From the IMG/VR virus record IMGVR_UViG_3300003375_000057, positions 1 through 39,969 of that record: a stretch of DNA of 39,969 nucleotides, one strand, 5' to 3'. This DNA comes from a virus. Taxonomy: Duplodnaviria; Caudoviricetes. Positions 1-7,481 of this stretch are shown here, one piece after another. The notes under the pieces are model-generated. The model did not search any database and had not been told where the DNA came from. It saw only the letters and a program-made list of their open reading frames with translations. Position numbers and translations under genes: made by a program. Positions within the stretch are counted from its first letter, which is position 1, and every line of letters starts with the position of its first letter.

Positions 1-19
1 ACTTTTTTAAATAAATTTG

Positions 20-847
20 TCATTCGCTACTCTCATCAAATCGTTTTATAGCTGCTTCATGCTCACCTGCACCAGTACGACTGTAACTAGGATTCATTCC
101 ATTGATTTCTAAAATATCATCTCTTATATTTTGATTACGCTTTTCAGTATTAATAACTCTAACAAAACTATTTGTAACTGCGGCAGTAAAATAAGCAAAT
201 GGGTTATCACTTTTGCTTTCATCAAATTGTAAACCTATTTGTGTTAATTGTAAAATAGCCATGCCTTTCATTTCGTCGTTATAAGTGTAACCACGAACAT
301 TACCTCTAGTAGCATATCGTTCGCATAATTTGATCATCATGCGAGCAAGAGTATCGGTGATTTGTCCTGCATCTCGATCAAATTTGCCTTTAATTAGATC
401 GCCTTTCCAATGACTTTTACCCACGCATATTAACTCGTCTTTATCATCGAATTTCCAATGCTGGAAAGGAGGAAAATTTACTTTATCTCTGTGATCTGCA
501 AGGCTCTTAGGGTTCTTTTTTCTTGTTCCGTTTAACGGAATATGATCAAAAGTCATTACTCTAAATATAACATCTGTTTTTGCTATTTTTTTGTAATCTA
601 CTTCACAATCTGCAACTTTAATTTTTTCGCCTGCTTGCTTTCTGCGTTCAAATTCTTGTTGCCCTAATCTTTTTGCCCGAACTCGTTTAGCTTCTGCTAT
701 TGTTCGAATGTTAATTTTATCAATACTGGGTAAAATTAAATCATATTGATGATATTCTGGACTGGTAAAACTACAATAAGATGATTTTGACCTATGTATT
801 TCTAACAACATATCCTTGTTGTTTAAGTAATTAACTTTTATTGTCAT
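20..847 (-). CDS. gp55: T4 gp55-like sigma factor for late transcription, with a large internal insertion
   Basis: N-terminal NYLNNKD and C-terminal RYATRGNVRGYTYNDEM...FDESKSDNPFAYFTAAVTNSFVRVINTEKR resemble T4 gp55 motifs (NYVNNKEL; FDETKYKNPHAYIT). Lies divergent from TAAATA-preceded structural genes. Confidence 0.9.
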   Translation of the reverse strand: MTIKVNYLNNKDMLLEIHRSKSSYCSFTSPEYHQYDLILPSIDKINIRTIAEAKRVRAKRLGQQEFERRKQAGEKIKVADCEVDYKKIAKTDVIFRVMTFDHIPLNGTRKKNPKSLADHRDKVNFPPFQHWKFDDKDELICVGKSHWKGDLIKGKFDRDAGQITDTLARMMIKLCERYATRGNVRGYTYNDEMKGMAILQLTQIGLQFDESKSDNPFAYFTAAVTNSFVRVINTEKRNQNIRDDILEINGMNPSYSRTGAGEHEAAIKRFDESSE

Positions 848-870
848 CCTTGAGAATCCTTTAATATCTA

Positions 871-899
871 ATTATAAACTACGCACATAATAAAGTCAA
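871..899 (-). promoter_or_regulatory. sigma70-type promoter for the gp55-like gene (TTGACT-N17-TATAAT)
   Basis: + strand agtcaa 894-899 is TTGACT on -, and attata 871-876 is TATAAT on -. Spacer is 17 nt; the -10 box lies 23 nt upstream of the ATG at 847. Confidence 0.75.
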
Positions 900-906
900 A
901 TAAATA
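874..906 (+). promoter_or_regulatory. Late promoter (AATAAATA, T4 TATAAATA-like) with upstream AAACTA element
   Basis: AATAAATA at 899-906, 23 nt before the ATG at 930. The 33-nt block is 27/33 identical to 7431-7463. Confidence 0.75.
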
Positions 907-929
907 ATATACCAAAAAGGAAAAATATT

Positions 930-1874
930 ATGGCTTTAGGCGATAGTTTAGTTCAAACAGCATCTAGCGCGACTAATCTCATTAGTGCTGTTTCTGGTGC
1001 CAGCGACATAGGAAGTGCATTGCGATCTGGTAACTTACCTGCAGCTGGCGAAGCAATTGGAAATATAGTCAGTGCTGTTTCTAGTTTTAGCAGTAGCGTT
1101 AATCCGGCAGATTGGCGTGTACAATTGAGTCTTTCTTCTTGGACTAGCTTTGCAGGCAGTCCAGTTTTAAAACCTTTAAAGGATGCGGGTGGTCTCATCT
1201 TTCCTTACACTCCTACAATTAATTTATCTAGCAATGCAACTTATAACAAAATTGATACTACCCACACTAACTATACATTTCAAGCATTTAAAAATACAGA
1301 GCCTGGCTCTATATCTATATCTGCACCATTTAATGTAGAAGATGCTACTCAGGGGTTGTATTGGATTGCTGCCGTACATTATTTAAGAAGTTTAACAAAA
1401 ATGTTTTCAGGAACTGATGCACTTGCAGGAAATCCTCCTCCTGTAATTTTTCTTAACGGGTACGGCAATTATGTGTTCAAGAATGTTCCAGTAGTTGTAA
1501 CAAGTTTTAGTACATCATTGGATGCTAATTGTGATTATATTGGTGTAAATGTAGTTGGTAGTCTGTCTGGAGCTATCGGCGGAGCTGCTGGTGCAATTGG
1601 AAGTTTATCTGACAGTCTTGGTTCTGCCATTCCTGGTATCGGTGACATTACTAGTACGGTAAGTAGTATAGCATCAAGTGTAAGTAGTGTGGCAAGTTTA
1701 GCAAGTTCTTTAGGTATTACTGGTACTACTAGTGGCGGAGTAAGCCATGTTCCGACTAAAAGTACTTTAAGTATTACACTACAACCAGTTTATAGTAGAA
1801 ATAGTGCTAAGAATTTTAGTCTAGACACATTTGTTACTGGTGGATACCTCAACAATTCTTTTGGATATATTTAA
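930..1874 (+). CDS. Baseplate/tail-tube initiator-like protein (gp48/gp54 or CIS-tube-like fold)
   Basis: Motifs LIFPYTPTI, YLRSLTKMF and GNPPPVIFLNGYG..F.NVPVVVTSF resemble tube-initiator-like proteins. Lies directly before the gp53-like gene; AAGGA RBS. Confidence 0.6.
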   Translation: MALGDSLVQTASSATNLISAVSGASDIGSALRSGNLPAAGEAIGNIVSAVSSFSSSVNPADWRVQLSLSSWTSFAGSPVLKPLKDAGGLIFPYTPTINLSSNATYNKIDTTHTNYTFQAFKNTEPGSISISAPFNVEDATQGLYWIAAVHYLRSLTKMFSGTDALAGNPPPVIFLNGYGNYVFKNVPVVVTSFSTSLDANCDYIGVNVVGSLSGAIGGAAGAIGSLSDSLGSAIPGIGDITSTVSSIASSVSSVASLASSLGITGTTSGGVSHVPTKSTLSITLQPVYSRNSAKNFSLDTFVTGGYLNNSFGYI

Positions 1875-1875
1875 T

Positions 1876-2178
1876 ATGGCAGCCAGTTACGCTAATACAA
1901 GTCCGTGGTATAAAACTTCAATTACCAATAATTATTTAGATATATTGACTATTCGCCCTGTACCTGCAGAACCAGATGATTTTTTATATAAAATAGAACC
2001 GCAATATACTTACCGTCCTGATTTATTAGCATATGATTTATATGGTGATCCTTCTTTATGGTGGGTCTTTATGCAACGAAATTTAGATGTTATACAAGAT
2101 CCTATTTTAGACTTTGTACCAGGAACACAAATTTATATTTTAAAAAAATCTAGTTTGGTAACTGTATTAGGATTATAA
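1876..2178 (+). CDS. gp53: Baseplate wedge protein, gp53-like (LysM-like)
   Basis: YRPDLLAYDLYGDPSLWWVF motif. The ATG at 1876, 1 nt after the upstream stop, is a more likely start than the TTG at 1831. Confidence 0.8.
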   Translation: MAASYANTSPWYKTSITNNYLDILTIRPVPAEPDDFLYKIEPQYTYRPDLLAYDLYGDPSLWWVFMQRNLDVIQDPILDFVPGTQIYILKKSSLVTVLGL

Positions 2179-2179
2179 T

Positions 2180-4423
2180 ATGAGTCTTGATAATCTTTCA
2201 GGCTCTATCGATTCAGCTACAACCAGTATAACTAGTTCTATCAGTTCAGGTGTAAGTTCGATTGTTTCAGGAGCCTCAAGCGCATTATCGTCGATAGGAA
2301 ATGCCATTTCAGGAGCTCTGAGTAGTTTAGGTACAGCTTTTACTCCAGTATCGGGCATTACTTTGCCTTTACCAAATCCTTTATTTTCTTATGCTAGCTA
2401 CACCTATGTTTTAGGATTATCTTGTTTAACTGATGATCAGTTAAACAATCCAGATTCGGGTTATATATCAGGAGGAACTCCTCCACAGATTATTGCTATG
2501 GATGCTAATTCTCAACCTACAAATCGTGTAAAGATGGCGTTTGGTACTTTTGACTATTTTATAGACAAAGTAGAATTAGAAAGTACAATAGGTCTTGAAA
2601 AAGGCAACAATACAAATGTGGCAAAAATAGATTTTACAATAACTGAACCTTACAGTATGGGCACATTCATGATGAGTTTACAACAAGCTGCATGGAATTC
2701 TAATCACGATAATTACACTCAGGCTCCGTTTTTGTTAACAATAGATTTTAAAGGTAACACTGAAACAGGAACCATGCAAACAATTCCTAAAACCGGCCGA
2801 AAAATTCCTTTTAAATTTGGAGAGATTTCTATGACGGTAACTGAAGCAGGCGCAGTTTATAAATGTAGCGGTATGGTATGGAATAGTACAGCTCTAAGCG
2901 CTCATGTATCTCAAATAAAAAATGATGCCAGTGTTAAAGGATTGACTGTACAAGAAGTTTTACAAACTGGAGAAAAAAGTCTACAAGCTATGTTAAACAA
3001 ACGATTGCAACAGTTAAAAACTGAAAATACTGTCGCTGTTCCTGATCAAATTGTAATACTTTTTCCATTAGATGTTAGTTCGGGTGGATCAAATTCAGCC
3101 GGCAGCACAGAAAGCAGTCAAGGTGCAACTACACAATCGGACGCTTCTACAGTTGATGCTGTTGCAAAGAAATTAGGTTTAACACAAAGTTCAATTCCAG
3201 CAAACGGTACATTGGTCCAAGATCCTGCCAATGTGAACGCTATTGGTAAAGCTCTTATGGGTTTCAGTGATACTAGAAAAGGCGATGCTCCTATAGGAAA
3301 AGATAATCAAGTTATTGATAGTAATGGTAACGCAATTCGTAGTAGAAATACAGTTAATCCTCAAATAGGAGATTTACGATTTAGCCAAGATACAGAAATT
3401 ACCACGGCAATAGATACAGTATTGTTGAATAGTCAATATTCTATTCAAAATTTAGATGCGTCTAATGTAGATGACAAAGGACAACGTGCATGGTGGCGTG
3501 TTGATACTCAAGTTTTTAATATAACGGATAATTCATCAAACGCCGCAAGCACAGGTGACAAACCAAGAGTGATTGTATATCGAGTTGTTCCGTATGGAGT
3601 TCATTCAAGTAAACTTACAGCTCCTAATGCTAAAGCTCCAGGCTTTGATAATTTAGCAAAAGAGTGTGTTAAACAATATAACTATATATACACAGGAAAA
3701 AATGTTGATGTCCTAAATTTTAATATTGAAGTAAGTGCAGGATTTGCAGGCAAGATGGGCGCTACTGGTATAAAGAAAACAATAGATAATCAAGTACAAG
3801 CATCGGCATCTGGAGCAGATAATACACAAACTACTGATTTACAGACATTAGAAAACGGTCAAGCAGTTCAAAAAAAACTAGGTGTATTACCTCAACTGAT
3901 TAGATATTCTAGTACAACTTATTCTGGGATTGGAAAAGGTGGCGGAGGTATCGGTAACGAGCAGACTTTTGCTGCACAACAATTCCATGATGCAATTACA
4001 AGTGCTTCGGGTATGGTGCAGTTAGATATGAAAATTATTGGAGATCCTTATTGGATTGCACAAAGTGGCACAGGCAACTATACTTCGATGCCAACACAAT
4101 ACCAAAATTTAAATACAGACGGTTCAGTTAATTATCAAAACGGTGAAGTTGATGTTATAGTAAATTTTAGAAGTCCTATAGATATTAATCAAGCTACTGG
4201 ACTTTATGATTTTGGCAGTAGTTCGGGCGGTTCGGTACCACTGCTTCAATGGAGTGGAATTTATCAAGTTACTAAAGTTATTAGTAATTTTGATGGCGGC
4301 AGTTTTACACAGAAATTAAATGGTACAAGAAGGAATGGACAAGAATTGTCAGGTTCTGGATCGGCAAGCAACACACTAAATGTATCTAATCCACCAAAGG
4401 ATACTAGTGGTGATTCAGATTAA
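2180..4423 (+). CDS. Baseplate hub-like structural protein (gp27/VgrG-hub position)
   Basis: Lies between gp53-like and gp5-like genes. FTITEPYS, C-terminal MKIIGDPYW and SGIYQVTKVISNFDGGSFTQKL (GxY.V..V...F..G.F.Q.L) are hub-type motifs. Confidence 0.6.
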   Translation: MSLDNLSGSIDSATTSITSSISSGVSSIVSGASSALSSIGNAISGALSSLGTAFTPVSGITLPLPNPLFSYASYTYVLGLSCLTDDQLNNPDSGYISGGTPPQIIAMDANSQPTNRVKMAFGTFDYFIDKVELESTIGLEKGNNTNVAKIDFTITEPYSMGTFMMSLQQAAWNSNHDNYTQAPFLLTIDFKGNTETGTMQTIPKTGRKIPFKFGEISMTVTEAGAVYKCSGMVWNSTALSAHVSQIKNDASVKGLTVQEVLQTGEKSLQAMLNKRLQQLKTENTVAVPDQIVILFPLDVSSGGSNSAGSTESSQGATTQSDASTVDAVAKKLGLTQSSIPANGTLVQDPANVNAIGKALMGFSDTRKGDAPIGKDNQVIDSNGNAIRSRNTVNPQIGDLRFSQDTEITTAIDTVLLNSQYSIQNLDASNVDDKGQRAWWRVDTQVFNITDNSSNAASTGDKPRVIVYRVVPYGVHSSKLTAPNAKAPGFDNLAKECVKQYNYIYTGKNVDVLNFNIEVSAGFAGKMGATGIKKTIDNQVQASASGADNTQTTDLQTLENGQAVQKKLGVLPQLIRYSSTTYSGIGKGGGGIGNEQTFAAQQFHDAITSASGMVQLDMKIIGDPYWIAQSGTGNYTSMPTQYQNLNTDGSVNYQNGEVDVIVNFRSPIDINQATGLYDFGSSSGGSVPLLQWSGIYQVTKVISNFDGGSFTQKLNGTRRNGQELSGSGSASNTLNVSNPPKDTSGDSD

Positions 4424-4434
4424 GGAGAAAATTA

Positions 4435-6696
4435 ATGGCAGATGAATCTACAAAAGAATACACAGCTCCACCTAAGGACCCAAAACCGGGACCTTTTCTT
4501 GCCAAAGTAGTAAGTAATTTTGATCCTACTTACATGGGAATTTTAGAGGTAGAAATTCTAAAACCTGTTGGCGGATCACCTTCAGAAGGTCAATTACATC
4601 AAGTAAAGTATATGAGTCCTTTTTATGGTGTTACAAATGTTGCTTACAATGGACAAAACAACGACTATAATGATACACAAAAAAGCTATGGCATGTGGAT
4701 GGTGCCTCCTGATCTTGGAGTAACAGTTGTAGTAATTTTTATCGATGGAGATCCTCGACGAGGTTATTGGATAGGTTGTGTGCCTGACGATAATATGAAT
4801 TTTATGATGCCGGGAATTGCAGCAACGCAATCATTAGTAAATGCTGTTGAAAAGGATGCATCTTCTAATGCTGGCCGTGCTCCGGCGGCAGAATATAATA
4901 AGGCAATTTCTGCTAATAATAATCCAAAAGATCCAGAAGCCCTTCAAAAACCAACTCATCCTTTGTACGATGTTTTAAAATCACAAGGATTGATTTTAGA
5001 TGATATTCGGGGCATAACTTCTAGTAGTGCTAGACGAGAAAGTCCTAGTAATGTATTTGGTTTTAGTACTCCTGGGCCACTAGATAAAAGAACTGATGCT
5101 AAAAAATTTAAAATTGGTAAAGACGAATGGTTAGCTGATACATTCGTTAGTCGATTAGGTGGCAGTTCTTTTGTCATGGACGATGGTGATGCTAATTGGC
5201 TCCGTAAATCCTCGCCAGGCAATATAGACAATGGGAGTACAGTCGGAGGGCCTCCTGAGTACGCCAGCATAGATGCTGGTGATACAGATGGTGATGTAAC
5301 TAGGCCAGCTAACGAACTGATTAGATTACGGACTCGAACAGGACATCAAATTTTATTACACAATACGGAAGATTTAATTTATATTTCCAATAGCCGAGGT
5401 ACAGCATGGATAGAATTAACAAGCGATGGCAAAATGGATGTGTTTGCTCAAGATAGTATAAGTATGCACACTAGAAATGATTTTAATTTTTATGCTGACA
5501 GAGATATTAATATGGAGTGCGGCCGTAATTTTAGCTTAAAAGTTGGAGGTAGACACTATACAGAAATTGGCCAGAACAAAATTTTGTTGGTCGGCGAAAA
5601 CAACAAAGTAAAAATTAAAGGCAAACAAGATAAAACTATTGATGGTGCTACAAAAATAACTATAAAAGATAAATTATCAATTAATGTAACCGGTGACACT
5701 CTATTAACTACTAGCGCAAAGTTTCAACTCAATAGCGGTGCTGATAACAATTTTACAGCAGGAGGAGGAACAAATTTCAATAGTGCCGGTGATATGTTAA
5801 TTAAAGCGGCTAATACTGGAATTGATGGTGGGAATATAAATTTAAATTCGGGCGTAGCATCAGGTGCAGCCAAAGCTGATAAAGCTCTAAAAGCATCTCC
5901 ACCTGTGCCTCTAACTCCTTATGATTTACCTACACCTGATAGATCATCTGTACCTGCTGGTGCAGGCCCAACAATTAATACTATTGCATTAAGAGTTCCT
6001 ACTATAGAACCGTATCCTGGCCATGAAAATTTAAACCCAGCAGGATTTACTCCAGAAAATACAAATAGGGAAGCATTTTCTACAGACTTGAACATAGTTG
6101 ATTTTACAGATGCCAATGATAATTCTGGCAATTTTGTAGGCAGCGATGGCAATCTTTATAGCTATAGTGACGACACTGGTTTATATACTTCATTAGGAAA
6201 AGCCAGCGCAGATCAACTTAAAACAGCTGGTGTAACAGCTGCAATAATAAAAGATACCCTGACAGAAGAAAAAGATGCAGCTGCTAGCGATCCTGTAGAA
6301 AATAACAATGCTGAAATATTACAATCATCAGACATTGCAGCTGCTGAAAAAGCAGATGCCGATGCATCTGCTGCTGAAACAAAAGCGTCAGAATCTGCAG
6401 CGGCAGCAGAAAATAGTACATCTTCAGCAACATCTGCATTAAACTCAGCAACATCTTCAGCAACATCTGCATTAAACTCAGCAACATCTTCAGCAACATC
6501 TGCATTAAACTCGGCAACATCTGCAGCAACATCTGCATTAAACTCAGCAACATCTGCATTAAACTCAGCAACATCTGCCGCTGCAGCTGCCAGTGCGGAA
6601 CTTGTTGCAGCTGGACAAGCTGGCATTGGAGCTCCGCTGATAAATCAAATAGCGACTAACGCGACTACTCTTGCCAATTCCATAAAAGGTAAATAA
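4435..6696 (+). CDS. gp5: gp5-like baseplate hub/central spike protein (OB fold plus beta-helix, no evident lysozyme) with low-complexity C-terminal extension
   Basis: OB-fold motifs DPTYMGILEV and GMWMVPPDLGVTVVVIFIDGDPRRGYWIGC; RTRTGHQILL followed by beta-helix-like repeats; TAAGGAG RBS. Confidence 0.8.
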   Translation: MADESTKEYTAPPKDPKPGPFLAKVVSNFDPTYMGILEVEILKPVGGSPSEGQLHQVKYMSPFYGVTNVAYNGQNNDYNDTQKSYGMWMVPPDLGVTVVVIFIDGDPRRGYWIGCVPDDNMNFMMPGIAATQSLVNAVEKDASSNAGRAPAAEYNKAISANNNPKDPEALQKPTHPLYDVLKSQGLILDDIRGITSSSARRESPSNVFGFSTPGPLDKRTDAKKFKIGKDEWLADTFVSRLGGSSFVMDDGDANWLRKSSPGNIDNGSTVGGPPEYASIDAGDTDGDVTRPANELIRLRTRTGHQILLHNTEDLIYISNSRGTAWIELTSDGKMDVFAQDSISMHTRNDFNFYADRDINMECGRNFSLKVGGRHYTEIGQNKILLVGENNKVKIKGKQDKTIDGATKITIKDKLSINVTGDTLLTTSAKFQLNSGADNNFTAGGGTNFNSAGDMLIKAANTGIDGGNINLNSGVASGAAKADKALKASPPVPLTPYDLPTPDRSSVPAGAGPTINTIALRVPTIEPYPGHENLNPAGFTPENTNREAFSTDLNIVDFTDANDNSGNFVGSDGNLYSYSDDTGLYTSLGKASADQLKTAGVTAAIIKDTLTEEKDAAASDPVENNNAEILQSSDIAAAEKADADASAAETKASESAAAAENSTSSATSALNSATSSATSALNSATSSATSALNSATSAATSALNSATSALNSATSAAAAASAELVAAGQAGIGAPLINQIATNATTLANSIKGK
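6418..6578 (+). repeat. 33-bp coding tandem repeat (4 full copies plus partial copies) encoding TSSATSALNSA
   Basis: Unit ACATCTTCAGCAACATCTGCATTAAACTCAGCA at 6418, 6451, 6484 and 6517 (0-1 mismatch each), then a 21-bp partial at 6550. Confidence 0.95.
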
Positions 6697-6712
6697 ATTA
6701 ATAGAGGAAAAA

Positions 6713-6997
6713 ATGGCTTCAAATACTTCATCGGCAATCACATATACTAACACAGGTTACAATAACCCTCAGTACAGTGCAGACGGCAAAACTGTTATAG
6801 GATATTCTCAAAATCAATATCTTGGAAGCGACGGTAACGCTTACTTATTGGAGAACGGTGTATATGTATTAGAAGGCAAATACAACAATTCAGCGGCTAC
6901 TTACCCTCCATCATCTACTTCAAAAGCTACATCTGTTCCATCGAGCTGGCAAACTTATCATTTGTCAAAAGATACATTTTTAAAAGGCAGTAGCTAA
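6713..6997 (+). CDS. Small hypothetical protein sharing a GSDGN motif with the gp5-like C-terminal extension
   Basis: GAGG RBS; fills the gap between the gp5-like and gp25-like genes; YLGSDGNAY..ENGVYVLEGK motif. Confidence 0.65.
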   Translation: MASNTSSAITYTNTGYNNPQYSADGKTVIGYSQNQYLGSDGNAYLLENGVYVLEGKYNNSAATYPPSSTSKATSVPSSWQTYHLSKDTFLKGSS

Positions 6998-6999
6998 AA

Positions 7000-7434
7000 A
7001 TGACTGAACTATACACTAAAACAGTAATTCCTCAAAATAATTTTCCTCCTTCTCACTCCGTACAACGATATAGGGGGTTTAGCACAATTAGTAGTGCAAC
7101 AACAAATTTTGCATTGTATGATTTTGCATTAATTAAACAAGATTTATTAAATCATTTTTATATTAGGCAAGGTGAAAGACTTATGCAGCCTAATTTTGGT
7201 ACAGTTATATGGGACTTATTATTTGAACCCTTGACCCCAGATATTCAAAATGCTATTTTAACAAATGTAAACCAAATTTTTAACAGCGATCCAAGAATAC
7301 AAGCTGAAAATATACTAATTACTCCATATGAAACTGGTTTGCAAATTCAGTGTGATTTAAAATATCTTTTATATAACATTCAAGAAAAACTACAACTTAA
7401 CTTCGATCAAGCCAATGGGTTGTTATCTCAATAA
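7000..7434 (+). CDS. gp25: Baseplate wedge/sheath initiator, gp25-like
   Basis: LIKQDLLNHF..RQGERLMQPNFGTVIWDLLFEP...DPRI is the GPW/gp25 family signature. Confidence 0.9.
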   Translation: MTELYTKTVIPQNNFPPSHSVQRYRGFSTISSATTNFALYDFALIKQDLLNHFYIRQGERLMQPNFGTVIWDLLFEPLTPDIQNAILTNVNQIFNSDPRIQAENILITPYETGLQIQCDLKYLLYNIQEKLQLNFDQANGLLSQ

Positions 7435-7463
7435 ACTATCCACATAATTTAATCTAATAAATA
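7431..7463 (+). promoter_or_regulatory. Late promoter (AATAAATA) with upstream AAACTA element
   Basis: AATAAATA at 7456-7463 before the gp6-like gene; near-copy of 874-906. Confidence 0.75.
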
Positions 7464-7481
7464 TAGTTATTAGGACATATT

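Noticed and set aside
6418-6578. Possible CRISPR array
   Set aside because: The units are contiguous with no spacers, are a multiple of 3 in length and lie in-frame in the gp5-like gene; no cas genes are present.
6213-6626. Antisense ORFs (137 aa, 96 aa) with repeated VAEFNAD or MLLSLMQ
   Set aside because: Shadow frames of the Ala/Ser coding repeat.
6690-6695. TAAATA upstream of the 94-aa ORF as a late promoter
   Set aside because: It lacks the preceding A and the AAACTA element and overlaps the gp5 stop region; chance is likely in AT-rich DNA.
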